Virus record (IMG/VR): IMGVR_UViG_3300008110_000042
Span: 2,204-66,203 of that record
Source: a virus
Taxonomy: Duplodnaviria; Caudoviricetes
Direction: 5' to 3' (one strand)
DNA length: 64,000 nucleotides
Each line of letters opens with the position of its first letter. Position 1 is the stretch's first letter. The translations under genes and the position numbers were made by a program. Positions 43,994-53,641 of the stretch are shown one piece after another. The notes below the pieces were generated by a model. It did not search any database and had not been told where the DNA came from. It saw only the letters and a program-made list of their open reading frames with translations.

Positions 43994-45814
43994 TTATCCT
44001 GCGGTAAGTGCGTTGAGTTCGGATGCGGTCATTTGACGGGGCCAAAACTTGATATCCCGGATCGTTATGCTTGCGTAAGCAGTCCCCAATGCATTCGTAT
44101 TGAATGAAAGCGTAGTTGTGCTTCCCATCGGCCCAACCGCGGTTCGGCTGGCCGAGAGTGGCGACTGATTCAATGATCCAAGCATTGTGTTTGTCGCAAG
44201 GTCAGCATCAAGCGCCCACGCAAAGCGGAAGTCTTGATTAAGTGTGGCTGCGGCAGATATCTCGGCAATCGCTGCGTTTGACGAATTGCGAGAAGTACCA
44301 AACAGAGTGTTATTGTTTACTGGCATTCCGATTTGTTCGGTTGAAGCATCATGCAAACGCACGGATCTTGCAAAGGACAGTCCGAACTTGTTTTGTCGTC
44401 CACGAACCCGCATTGTGTAGCGGTTCAAATCAAATCCAAGTTGCGCGGCAGTAATTGCCATCGTTGCCGAATCTTCAGTTCTGCTCCCCGTGCTCCCTCC
44501 GGTCGGGATGTACGAAGATGCACCGTTTCCCGCTTCAAGTTGTACGCCCCAAATTGAAACATCTGCTGCGACCGAAGTCGATTCGTTTGCGATGTAGATG
44601 TAGCCAACCAGAGATGTTCCTGAAGTGTTGACTACTTGAAACCGCTGCCATGTTGGTGTTACGGTGACAAGGTTGTTTCCAGTTGTACTGTAAAGGTTAA
44701 TGGTGTAATTAGTTCCAGCGGTATTGCTTTTCATCCACACCGAAACGGTGTATGGATTTGCAGTAGTTGGGTTGGTTGTATAGGTGGTTTGTTGGATGAT
44801 TCTGCTTGGACTTCCACCGGAACTGATTCCAAACTGGATTCTTGTTGGATAAGTAACGTTGTCTGGAGCAAACCCGCCACCCGTGTAATCAACGGTAGGT
44901 GTCGGAAGATTTGTTCCAGCAGTTGACCAAGGAGATGAGACCGGATTAACAGTACTACGCAAAACGTAATTAACAGCGCTTCCCTCAATCAGCAGCCCGC
45001 GAGGAGTCAGCGTGGTGGGGTCGTAGTCAAAACGGGGGGCTTGGTAGTCAGCACTCTTGTAACGATCCGCCGTACTGTTGTTGGTTGCGGAAGTGTTCGG
45101 GTAGTACGGGACGGTTGCACTCCCATTCCACATCGTCCAACGAGGATTGGAGAACGTGGCAGATCCGGCAAAGCCATTTCCTTGGCATCCAATTCCAAAA
45201 TAAACACTCGTTGTTCCGCTGGTCAAAGAATCAGTAGCAAATGACAAGTTGAATGGAGTGTTCGTTGGAAGAACGTCACTTCCGGGCCAAAGTGGATGTA
45301 AATTATTCCAAGCAACTCCATTCACATAGTGTTGTGAATTCGCTGGATTTCCAGTATTGATTACTTGGTTTGACGGAAGTGAGCCAGACGTAATTGTCAC
45401 ATCAACAGATGCGATAACACGAAGACCTCCTCCCGTAAATCCAGTTGAACGAAATATTGCCCGACGATCCGCAGTAGTCACGGTAACCGTAACCGTTCCA
45501 TCTCCATTGAAGACAGCAGTTCCCCCAGTAAATCCTCCATAACTCCATCCTGATGATGTCAACGACGGGTTTGATCCGCTCAATCCCTCAAATGCCGTGT
45601 TCCAATACATATTGGAGTTCGCCCACTCAACGTACCCCCGCGAGTTGATGAAGGTGGCGTTGGTGGTGCGCGTAAACGACAGGCGCGGGTCAAGGACACC
45701 GCCAGTGAAGTCAAGCGACAGCGTGGAGCCATCTCCTCCTTCAGCTGGAAGCAAACGATTTCTTTGCGTTCTCCACTCAGGGGGATCTAAAGTCCAAGAA
45801 CGAAATCTATGCAT
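43994..45814 (-). CDS. fibre/spike-like structural protein with beta-sandwich (carbohydrate-binding-like) domains
   Basis: LSLDFT...FTRTTNAT, PRFDYDP..L.PRGLLIEGS.VN, YTVSVW.K, WG.QLEAG..ASSYIPT. Confidence 0.75.
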   Translation of the reverse strand: MHRFRSWTLDPPEWRTQRNRLLPAEGGDGSTLSLDFTGGVLDPRLSFTRTTNATFINSRGYVEWANSNMYWNTAFEGLSGSNPSLTSSGWSYGGFTGGTAVFNGDGTVTVTVTTADRRAIFRSTGFTGGGLRVIASVDVTITSGSLPSNQVINTGNPANSQHYVNGVAWNNLHPLWPGSDVLPTNTPFNLSFATDSLTSGTTSVYFGIGCQGNGFAGSATFSNPRWTMWNGSATVPYYPNTSATNNSTADRYKSADYQAPRFDYDPTTLTPRGLLIEGSAVNYVLRSTVNPVSSPWSTAGTNLPTPTVDYTGGGFAPDNVTYPTRIQFGISSGGSPSRIIQQTTYTTNPTTANPYTVSVWMKSNTAGTNYTINLYSTTGNNLVTVTPTWQRFQVVNTSGTSLVGYIYIANESTSVAADVSIWGVQLEAGNGASSYIPTGGSTGSRTEDSATMAITAAQLGFDLNRYTMRVRGRQNKFGLSFARSVRLHDASTEQIGMPVNNNTLFGTSRNSSNAAIAEISAAATLNQDFRFAWALDADLATNTMLGSLNQSPLSASRTAVGPMGSTTTLSFNTNALGTAYASITIRDIKFWPRQMTASELNALTAG

Positions 45815-46548
45815 TATAATACTCCGTAGAAAGCGTTAGCTGAATTGGCTGCTGTTGCTGCTCCGTGAAAGAACTCAACTTCAATAAGCTCACAACCAAG
45901 AGTATCTACTAATACAAAAGCAGTATCTAGAATACCAGTAGCATTGTAAATTTTACCATCACCATTTAATTTTACAATTGTTTGAGGTACATTAAAATTA
46001 GTAAATGCTCTAACATTAAAAGTAATAGCGCCAAGTGTTGCATGATCTACACTTGCAGTAAACTGAGTACCAGAATTAATAGCTGTAATTGTTGGTGTTG
46101 CACCAAAAGCGCCAGCACCAGATGTTTTAACAAGAGTTTGTCCAACTTGTAAACCAGCAGTACTTGCTACTGTTACAACAGCAGTACCTGTAGCAAGGGT
46201 AGCTGTTAAACCAGTTGCAGATAAATAATCAAAGTTATTAGCATAAAGGGTAGCTTGACCTTCAAACAACAACTGAGGAATCTGAGTTGGTGGGTTTGAA
46301 TTAGTCTTAGAATAACCAGTTACTTTAAATTTAATAGGAGAAGTTAATCCAGAACTAGCAAAAACAGGAACTAGTTTTACATAGTTTAAACTTGAGTTTG
46401 GAATAATAATAGCACCAGCAGATGTAGTAATACTAGTTGCTGGTCTATTAGCTCCATAAGCATTCATAACTGAAAGACTTGTTGGAGCAAGAAGCTTCAT
46501 AGGATCTTGCGCTGTCTTTAGTTGTGTCATTGTGTGTGTATGAATCAT
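45814..46548 (-). CDS. putative structural protein
   Basis: T/A/G-rich; VTVASTAGLQVGQ beta module. Confidence 0.6.
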   Translation of the reverse strand: MIHTHTMTQLKTAQDPMKLLAPTSLSVMNAYGANRPATSITTSAGAIIIPNSSLNYVKLVPVFASSGLTSPIKFKVTGYSKTNSNPPTQIPQLLFEGQATLYANNFDYLSATGLTATLATGTAVVTVASTAGLQVGQTLVKTSGAGAFGATPTITAINSGTQFTASVDHATLGAITFNVRAFTNFNVPQTIVKLNGDGKIYNATGILDTAFVLVDTLGCELIEVEFFHGAATAANSANAFYGVL

Positions 46549-46670
46549 TTCTTTTTCTTCCTTTTTGTTTTAGGAAGCTTGCCCTTTGGTGTTTCTTTTT
46601 GCCACCGGGCAGCTATTTTTGGATGTACAGCGTACATAAACTTTTGTTGTTGACGAGATTTGAATGGCAT
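46545..46670 (-). CDS. 41-aa basic protein (MPFKS type)
   Basis: Manual translation MPFKSRQQQKFMYAVHPKIAARWQKETPKGKLPKTKRKKKK*; coupled at both ends. Confidence 0.7.
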   Translation of the reverse strand: MPFKSRQQQKFMYAVHPKIAARWQKETPKGKLPKTKRKKKK

Positions 46671-46906
46671 TATTCCCACCTTACTTGCTTACCACTTTTC
46701 TTGGCGCGAACGCCTTTAGCAGTACACATTGATTTGGTTGGGCGACAGGCAGGATACTTCCTACCTTTTTCGCTTGCGCTCTTACGGCCACATGGCTTAC
46801 CTGTTTTGCAGTCGATCCAACCTTTTCCGTTGTTTCGTGCAAACCAACCATGTAACCCTTTCTTTTTCTCAAGAGAGAAGTCTGCTTTCTTTTTCTTTTT
46901 AGCCAT
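46670..46906 (-). CDS. small basic Cys-containing protein
   Basis: GL.GWF...W.DCKTGKPCGR...YPACRP; start at MAKKK with TAATG coupling. Confidence 0.75.
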   Translation of the reverse strand: MAKKKKKADFSLEKKKGLHGWFARNNGKGWIDCKTGKPCGRKSASEKGRKYPACRPTKSMCTAKGVRAKKSGKQVRWE

Positions 46907-47043
46907 TACTTTTTCTTCTTGGATTTGTTGCCCCACTTTGCAGCACCGACTTTACGGCACTGAACCAAAGCACCTGAGGCATAAGCCGAAGGCCACTTCT
47001 TATAGCGGGATTTTACTTTGCGATAGCATGCATCTTTAGCCAT
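46906..47043 (-). CDS. 45-aa basic protein with PSAYASG motif
   Basis: Manual translation MAKDACYRKVKSRYKKWPSAYASGALVQCRKVGAAKWGNKSKKKK*. Confidence 0.7.
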   Translation of the reverse strand: MAKDACYRKVKSRYKKWPSAYASGALVQCRKVGAAKWGNKSKKKK

Positions 47044-47342
47044 TATTTTTTACACTTTCTACCTTTTGGGCATGATGTCTTAGACTTACCGGGTCCACCC
47101 CAGAGATCTTTACATGCCCAGTATTGTGCAGAGAGTTTATTTTTTGCAGATCCACACTTATGTCTTGCACGAAAAGACTTACGAGCACCAGCGCTATAAT
47201 TATTACCATAGCCTGTTGCTCCATAATGAATAATCTTTTCTTGTCCATTAGCGCAAGCTTTTACCACACGCTTCTTAGCGGGGTTAGGAGACTTGCGTGG
47301 TTGATTACAAGGCATGTTAGCTTTGTTTACTTTCTTAGCCAT
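47043..47342 (-). CDS. small basic protein with RKSFRARH..C..SA.YWAC..LW motif
   Basis: ORF track; coupled to the portal stop codon. Confidence 0.75.
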   Translation of the reverse strand: MAKKVNKANMPCNQPRKSPNPAKKRVVKACANGQEKIIHYGATGYGNNYSAGARKSFRARHKCGSAKNKLSAQYWACKDLWGGPGKSKTSCPKGRKCKK

Positions 47343-48946
47343 TACTGACCTCCCATAAAGGCTGACATATCAGCACCTGAATTCTGTAGGACATTCATAA
47401 TACCCTGTCCACCATTCTGAGCAAGATCTTGCTGACCAGCAGTTACTGCTAGGTTACCTAGCGCACCAGCTACAGCCTGACCACCAGCTTGCATTGTTTG
47501 CTGTTGCATCATCATGCGCTGCTCTTGCATTTGCTCCATCTGAATATCTTCAGCAGATCGTACCCAATTACGGGCATCAAAACCAAGAGAAGTAATTAAT
47601 GCTCTTGCATATTCATCCCACTTGAATGACATTGCTGCCTGTTCTGGTAGGTTGCGTACCATCTCACCCATTTGCATAAGTTTTTGGAGATCGGTGTCGC
47701 GGCTAAGAGCCTGTAGACCAGTGATTACTTCTACGGATAAAGAACCTTCAGCGTCAAAGAACTGTTCATACATGCGTTGATCTAGTTCTTCAGCTTCAAT
47801 CATTAAGAAGACTGAACGCTTAACAATTGGTTCCATAAGATCTCTAGCAATAGCGGAGAATGCGCCACCTAAGACTGTCTCAAGTTCTGATCCAATCATC
47901 CTAACGGCAGTAGCAGTAACACGATCACCACTAGGAATAGATGCACTAGACATGAGGAAGGCTTGGCCAATCTCATTACGCATTGTTTGCACAGCAGTCT
48001 GTGCTGCACCAATCTGTGGATTCATTGTCTGTGATGGAGATAAGACGAATACATCCTGCTGTCGTACAGGAACCCATGAGCCATTGGTAGAGTCGGCAAT
48101 GTCATCTACTTCAGTAATACCGGATGGATCAATACACATCCAGAAAGCTGAAGCAGCGGCCATGCCATCAAGCATTGCGCGTGTATAGCCATCAAGACTT
48201 GAGAGATCTCCTAGGATATCTTCGCAGTGCGACCTTCCGTAGTTTTCTCCGGGTATGCCATACCACCGTAGAACCGTTACAGGACAGACTTCGTAGACAC
48301 CTTCCGCTAGTACTGAACCATCGGAGTCTTCTTTCTTGTACTTCCATACATTATCCTCCTTTAGATACTGGCAGTAGGTAGTCTTATAACCTTTTCTAGA
48401 AGACTGAGGAAGTGAATAGTGATAACTAATAACTTCTGAATCTACTAGATCGTATTCAATATGAATGATTTCATTTACATCTCCAGCTACAGTACGCTGA
48501 ACCACATACTGATCCAAGCGGGTAACACGGAACTTAAAATCATCCATCTCATGTACCAAGCAATCTCCAACAACAATTAAGTTTTGAATAGCTTGATAGA
48601 TTGTTTCTCGTAAATTAGTGCCAATAAGCTTTCGGTAAACCTGATAGCTCATTGTTTCTAAGTACTGGCCAATTTCTGCGGTAGGTTCTACACCAGACCG
48701 CAGACCAAACTTAAAGAATGGAGTATCATTTAAAGGCATCATTGCCGAAAGCATTCGGCTTGCTAGGGAAGTTACTCCTCTAGCACCAACAGAAGATGTT
48801 GGTTGTGGTAATTCCATTTCTTCAGTCCACCCTTCAGGCGGTAGAAGACTGGGAATTGTTAGAGCAGAGCATAGTCTTGCTCGGTATAGCTTAGATGTTC
48901 GCATAGCATCCAGCATTCGGAAGCGATCAACTAGATTGCCTGTCAT
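47342..48946 (-). CDS. portal (head-tail connector) protein
   Basis: SVGARGV.SLASR, RW..IPGENYGRS, RVTAT.VR...ELE..LGG as in T7 gp8. Confidence 0.95.
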   Translation of the reverse strand: MTGNLVDRFRMLDAMRTSKLYRARLCSALTIPSLLPPEGWTEEMELPQPTSSVGARGVTSLASRMLSAMMPLNDTPFFKFGLRSGVEPTAEIGQYLETMSYQVYRKLIGTNLRETIYQAIQNLIVVGDCLVHEMDDFKFRVTRLDQYVVQRTVAGDVNEIIHIEYDLVDSEVISYHYSLPQSSRKGYKTTYCQYLKEDNVWKYKKEDSDGSVLAEGVYEVCPVTVLRWYGIPGENYGRSHCEDILGDLSSLDGYTRAMLDGMAAASAFWMCIDPSGITEVDDIADSTNGSWVPVRQQDVFVLSPSQTMNPQIGAAQTAVQTMRNEIGQAFLMSSASIPSGDRVTATAVRMIGSELETVLGGAFSAIARDLMEPIVKRSVFLMIEAEELDQRMYEQFFDAEGSLSVEVITGLQALSRDTDLQKLMQMGEMVRNLPEQAAMSFKWDEYARALITSLGFDARNWVRSAEDIQMEQMQEQRMMMQQQTMQAGGQAVAGALGNLAVTAGQQDLAQNGGQGIMNVLQNSGADMSAFMGGQ

Positions 48947-48956
48947 TGATAGCTCC

Positions 48957-49292
48957 TTACTGGTTGTTCATACCATTGTATAGTGAAGAATAGAAATCTA
49001 ATGAGCGAACATTAGTACCTTGAATGCCCTGCGTCTGAGTTTCTTCAGCCTGAGCCTGTGCTTCTAGTACTGCTTCTTGTTCAGCTTGCGAGGCTTCTTG
49101 TATAGCCTGTTCTTCTTCTGCTTTAAGTTTAGACTTTTCAGTCGCTTCTCTAGCAACTCTACGAGTCTCTGCATCTTCAGCAGCTTTTCTTCGTTCTTCT
49201 TCTTGTTGTTTCTGGAATTCTCTTTCTTCTGCCATTAGCTTTTGCTGCTCGGCATAGGTCATTCCACCACTAATCTTAGGTGATCCACCCAT
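48957..49292 (-). CDS. small virion-associated protein (gp7.3-like position)
   Basis: MGG.PK start, charged helix, just upstream of portal. Confidence 0.6.
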   Translation of the reverse strand: MGGSPKISGGMTYAEQQKLMAEEREFQKQQEEERRKAAEDAETRRVAREATEKSKLKAEEEQAIQEASQAEQEAVLEAQAQAEETQTQGIQGTNVRSLDFYSSLYNGMNNQ

Positions 49293-49293
49293 A

Positions 49294-49485
49294 TTACTTT
49301 CCTCCTTGCTGTTGTTTGAGGACAGCTTTCAGTTTATTGACAACCTCTATCTGTCCTGCTCTAAACGCAGCTTGTCTAGCAAACTTTAGTTCATTAACAT
49401 CGGGGTCGTATTCTAAAGGTTTATAAAGTTCTTCCAGAATCTTTATTAGATCTGGGTCGATTCTCGGAAACTTTTCTAATTTCAT
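49294..49485 (-). CDS. conserved small T7-like phage protein
   Basis: P.I...L...L...AGQ.EVV.KL pattern. Confidence 0.7.
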   Translation of the reverse strand: MKLEKFPRIDPDLIKILEELYKPLEYDPDVNELKFARQAAFRAGQIEVVNKLKAVLKQQQGGK

Positions 49486-49600
49486 TTGTTAATTCATCTA
49501 GCTTAGCGTAGATGTCTTTAAGCATAAGCTTAACTTCTGGCATATCAATACCAGAAGCAAGCGTTAATTTTGTTCTTGCTGATTGAATATTTGTAACCAT
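49421..49600 (-). CDS. hypothetical protein (59 aa)
   Basis: Manual translation MVTNIQSARTKL...; fills the gap. Confidence 0.5.
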   Translation of the reverse strand: MVTNIQSARTKLTLASGIDMPEVKLMLKDIYAKLDELTNEIRKVSENRPRSNKDSGRTL

Positions 49601-49603
49601 AGT

Positions 49604-50452
49604 TTATTTCTTTGCTGCTATCTTTTTTGTTAGGTCTGTTATCTTATCAGTAGTTTTTGTTTGTTTTTTAGTAAAATCAGCTATGCTATTTTTTAGTTCA
49701 TCAGCATAATAATTTGCCCATGTCTTTTGTAAATCAGCGGAAGACATAAAACGAGTAGTTTCAATCTCTCTTGTTAATTCTCTTTTTGCAGCTGACTCTG
49801 ACTCAGACAATTTAATTGAATAGATAGGTTCTGTTTTTTTAGTAACTGGATTGTAACTATATGTTACTTCTTTATTACTTCTTTTAGCTGCATTCCATCT
49901 AGCTAATTCAGCTGGGTTTTTAAGATTTATTTGATCATACTGAAATGGATTTATTCCACCTCTAGGAACAACAGGATTTAAAACAGAAGATAAATATTTT
50001 TGTAATACTCCTGATTGAGCTGTTTGTTTTTCACTATTTAAAAACTTTGCAATGTCTTCTTGCTGTTTTTGATAAGCTAAATTATTTTTTTCTACTTCAC
50101 CAATCTGCTGTTCTGTCTTTTGTTCAGCTGTTCTAGCTGCATTAAATACATAAAAAGCCTTGTCAGTGTTTGAAGCAGTAACAGCATCACCACCAAGTGT
50201 AAACTGAACATCTTTAATAGCAGAATATTCTTTATCATATACATCAGTATATCTAGGAACTTCTTTTGTTGCTAGTTTTTGAGCACCTGTTTGTTTAAAG
50301 TAAGCGGATTCACCGATGTCTCTAAAATCTAAAAGACCTGACTGAACAGTACTTAATGTTTTTCCAAGACTTTGTAATGAAGAGTTATAACTATTTAAGT
50401 CAGCTGTTCTTGTTGCAAGTGCTGCTTCAAGTTGGGCTAGTGTTTTTCCCAT
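49604..50452 (-). CDS. hypothetical protein
   Basis: ORF track; AT-rich, helical. Confidence 0.65.
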   Translation of the reverse strand: MGKTLAQLEAALATRTADLNSYNSSLQSLGKTLSTVQSGLLDFRDIGESAYFKQTGAQKLATKEVPRYTDVYDKEYSAIKDVQFTLGGDAVTASNTDKAFYVFNAARTAEQKTEQQIGEVEKNNLAYQKQQEDIAKFLNSEKQTAQSGVLQKYLSSVLNPVVPRGGINPFQYDQINLKNPAELARWNAAKRSNKEVTYSYNPVTKKTEPIYSIKLSESESAAKRELTREIETTRFMSSADLQKTWANYYADELKNSIADFTKKQTKTTDKITDLTKKIAAKK

Positions 50453-50455
50453 GTT

Positions 50456-52348
50456 TTATCCTTTAAGATCTATGATCTCACATGCACCAGCAGTGCATGC
50501 CATTGTATGAGAGGATGTTGTTGTGTCTGTCTTTTCATAGAAAGATAGATTATTGAAATCGACAGGAACCATTACATATGAATCATATGTTTCTTTAGTG
50601 ATTGATTCAAATGGAGCCTGAGCATAGATATGATCAGACTTAGGTAGGAAAGAGATACCAGAAATCTTATCAAAGTTCTCCCATACCCACTGACCTACTG
50701 GCATAAACTCACTATCGGAATAATTAACAGTAATGCTTGGCTTATGCTGGCAGTAATACTCTTGGTAAGCAAGCCACAGATTAAGGTGGTCGATTGCTTG
50801 TAGTTCATCTTGGGTAAGAGAACCTGATGGAGCAGACTGAGCAAAGGTAAAGACAGCGGTTGAATCTGGATTCATTACGCAGTCTTCTACCATAACCTGT
50901 GCATCACGCATAAGCTGATAGATAGGATCTTTCTTGTCGATACGAACTCTACGATAATAGTGCTCGGCATATCGTGGGTGTAGACCACTGGCTGAATTAG
51001 CTAAGCATGAGGTAGTTCCCTCTGGCTTGATGCAAGTGATTGACTTGCTTGGGTTGACGCCCAATTGTTTAGCCCAATCAAGGTTAGTCTTGATTGCGAT
51101 CTCACGGAGATTCTCAAGAACATGCTTGAGCTTTCCGTAACCATGAATGCCGGACATTAGCTTGTTATCAAAGATGCCTGTCATAGATACACCAAGTAGT
51201 CTCTCTTCTTCACAGTTCTTTGTCCATGAAGAATCTTCACGGGAAAGATAAGGAAAGTAAGTAAACATACTTTGAATTGTACCAATGATTGTAGCCATCT
51301 CAATCTTCTTAGCTAATGTCTCAGGTGTATCTGAAGCGCGGACTACAACGGTCGATAGGTTGCAGAACTGATTGGGTCTGAGAATAATCTCAGAGCAAGG
51401 GTTGGTTCCATAATAAATACTTTCATCACGACCAGCCTTGACTGCAATAGCCCTCATCGCATCACGGTTGCAGATACCGCGCTCTCCACTGTGAGAATTG
51501 TACAGATCAGTCCACTCCTCTAGAAATTGTCCCATTGAAGGGCGACCATTGTACACAGCGGAATTATTGGCTAGGGCGCGGTGACCTGATGATTCCCACC
51601 AAGCACCGCTCTTACATGTTGCCATCTCACGATCCGCGAGATCACTGAGAGAGATCATTGCTGAGCGGCGAACGCCACCAACGATGACTGACTGAGCAAT
51701 CTTGCAGCAAATATCGTGACACTCAAGCGGAGTGAGTCTTCGTCCCTGAGCCTTATAAAATGTCTGAACAATAAAGCGGAATACTTCCTCAAGCGGGGCA
51801 GGACCACTTGCGCGTCCTCCGAAAGTCTTGAGTTTTTCTCCAGCCTTGCGTACCTTACTAGTGTCCCACTTTAAGTGAACACCTTTGTATAGATTGTCGA
51901 TTAGTTGATGGAGTGAATCACACCAGCCTTCACGACTATCTTCTACGAACATTACATTGTCAAACATCTTATGGATGGTTGGAATAGTTGGCATCTTGTC
52001 TGTGCATCTACGCTCAACAGTATAGCCAACACCAGTACCACACATAAGAATATACATTAGATTAGAGAAAGACTTTGATGAGTCGATCTCTAAATATGAG
52101 CAGTTGTATAATGCGGTATGATCGCGGTCCAAAGCTGGCCCTGCGGTCATAAGCCCACGCATTGAGGGTAGAACCTCAAGATTTAGAATTGCATCACGAA
52201 CATCTGGTCGTGAAGCTAGGGCTGGAACCTTGGTTGTAAAGTAATTCCACCAACGATTTACAGTTTCATCCCAAGTTTCACGACGAGATTCAGAATCCAT
52301 CCATCGGCTATAGCGAGAGATGGCAATAAAGTTTTGAAATGTATCCAT
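50456..52348 (-). CDS. nrdJ: class II (B12-dependent) ribonucleotide reductase
   Basis: PSMRGL, YNCSY, GGVRRSA, GTNPCSEI, CIKPEGT and C-terminal CTAGAC; no beta subunit in the window. Confidence 0.92.
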   Translation of the reverse strand: MDTFQNFIAISRYSRWMDSESRRETWDETVNRWWNYFTTKVPALASRPDVRDAILNLEVLPSMRGLMTAGPALDRDHTALYNCSYLEIDSSKSFSNLMYILMCGTGVGYTVERRCTDKMPTIPTIHKMFDNVMFVEDSREGWCDSLHQLIDNLYKGVHLKWDTSKVRKAGEKLKTFGGRASGPAPLEEVFRFIVQTFYKAQGRRLTPLECHDICCKIAQSVIVGGVRRSAMISLSDLADREMATCKSGAWWESSGHRALANNSAVYNGRPSMGQFLEEWTDLYNSHSGERGICNRDAMRAIAVKAGRDESIYYGTNPCSEIILRPNQFCNLSTVVVRASDTPETLAKKIEMATIIGTIQSMFTYFPYLSREDSSWTKNCEEERLLGVSMTGIFDNKLMSGIHGYGKLKHVLENLREIAIKTNLDWAKQLGVNPSKSITCIKPEGTTSCLANSASGLHPRYAEHYYRRVRIDKKDPIYQLMRDAQVMVEDCVMNPDSTAVFTFAQSAPSGSLTQDELQAIDHLNLWLAYQEYYCQHKPSITVNYSDSEFMPVGQWVWENFDKISGISFLPKSDHIYAQAPFESITKETYDSYVMVPVDFNNLSFYEKTDTTTSSHTMACTAGACEIIDLKG

Positions 52349-52368
52349 GTCTATCCTTCCTTAGTTAG

Positions 52369-52881
52369 TTATAAACCTGTACTTCCAAAACCACCAGTTC
52401 CCCGCGCAGTCTCTGGAAGTTTATCGACAGAGATGAATGGGAATTGAGTAACAGGTAGGAAGACAATCTGAGCAATACGATCACCAGTATTTAGTGTGAC
52501 AACATCATAAGAGTTGTTTACCAAGGATACCATGATCTCACCACGATAATCACAATCAATAACACCCACAGAATTCTTGAGTGTAATACCCTTTGTAGCC
52601 AGACCAGAGCGTGGGAATATAAGACCCACGAATCCCTCTGGAATAGCAAAGGATACTCCAGTAGCAACCATCTGATTACTACCGGGATGCAGTACAATAT
52701 CTAGAGCGCACTTAAGATCTGCACCAGCAGCACCCTTGGTCTTATACTCAGGATTGCACTTAAGATCGTGGAGAACCATAGGGATACCCTTTGATCTATG
52801 GGTATAAGTAGAAGTATTGTAATTATTATTATCAGCAAAGGTAGCTGAGTTTGTATCAAAGCAAGTAACTTCAGTATCCAT
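52369..52881 (-). CDS. dut: trimeric dUTPase
   Basis: AGADL, PRSGLA, GVIDCDYRGEI, RIAQ and RGTGGFGSTG motifs; start uncertain. Confidence 0.95.
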   Translation of the reverse strand: MDTEVTCFDTNSATFADNNNYNTSTYTHRSKGIPMVLHDLKCNPEYKTKGAAGADLKCALDIVLHPGSNQMVATGVSFAIPEGFVGLIFPRSGLATKGITLKNSVGVIDCDYRGEIMVSLVNNSYDVVTLNTGDRIAQIVFLPVTQFPFISVDKLPETARGTGGFGSTGL

Positions 52882-53641
52882 TAGTATCTCCTAGGGTTTG
52901 TTCTTCAGTAGCCCCAACTATTGGGCAATATAGTTTTACCTGTTTAGTAGCCTTGTCGTACTCACCATCCCGTAGGATGCGGACAGATCGGGCCATAGCC
53001 AAACAGTAATCATAATCATATTTACCGCCATCTGCGGTCTTAGCTTGGTCATAAGCTGCCAGTACAGCAGCCGACCAGTTCCGGGGGTGGACATACTTAA
53101 GCCACTTCTCAGCCTTAGCTGGCCCCCACTTCCAGATACCGGGGATATTATCGGTCGTATCCCCGGTAATCCACTGCTTGTGGAAGTTATAGTCAGCAGT
53201 GTAATCATCTACCATATCTGGTGTATGTTCCTTGTCAGGATTCCAGTGCCACCCCGGTACAGACTTGAGATCTTTATCAATGGTAACAGCTATCCCCTTA
53301 CCAGAAGAAGCCATAAGTCCCATAATATCATCAGCCTCTAGCCTTGGTACTGTCAGAATGTCATGCTCTTTGATAAGCTCAAGAGCGTAGTCCATGCAAT
53401 CTGGGGTCTGTTTACGCACATCACGATGTGCCTTATAGGGTTCCCAGAAGTCCCGTCTGTAGTTATCCTTGCGGCTACAAGACATGGCAATGTAGACCTT
53501 CTTCATTCCCATTGGTGTCCAAGCCTTAACATCATGGGATAGCCGTTCTTCTAGATACTCAACACCTTCTTGATCAGCCCAGAAAGCAGCACGGTAACAC
53601 AAGATATCTCCATCTAGAACAGCAACATCAGGTCTTTCCAT
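52871..53641 (-). CDS. 5'-3' exonuclease (gp6-like)
   Basis: LDGD, YKAHR, LEADD, DKDL and GDTTDNIPG. Confidence 0.92.
   Translation of the reverse strand: MERPDVAVLDGDILCYRAAFWADQEGVEYLEERLSHDVKAWTPMGMKKVYIAMSCSRKDNYRRDFWEPYKAHRDVRKQTPDCMDYALELIKEHDILTVPRLEADDIMGLMASSGKGIAVTIDKDLKSVPGWHWNPDKEHTPDMVDDYTADYNFHKQWITGDTTDNIPGIWKWGPAKAEKWLKYVHPRNWSAAVLAAYDQAKTADGGKYDYDYCLAMARSVRILRDGEYDKATKQVKLYCPIVGATEEQTLGDTNGY
52905..52926 (-). promoter_or_regulatory. candidate phage RNAP promoter, copy 3
   Basis: GCCCAATAGTTGGGGCTACTGA, in the 3' end of the exonuclease gene ahead of dut/nrdJ/structural genes. Confidence 0.7.

Noticed and set aside
32946-45814. Diversity-generating retroelement acting on fibre genes
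   Set aside because: No reverse transcriptase and no template/variable repeat pair seen.
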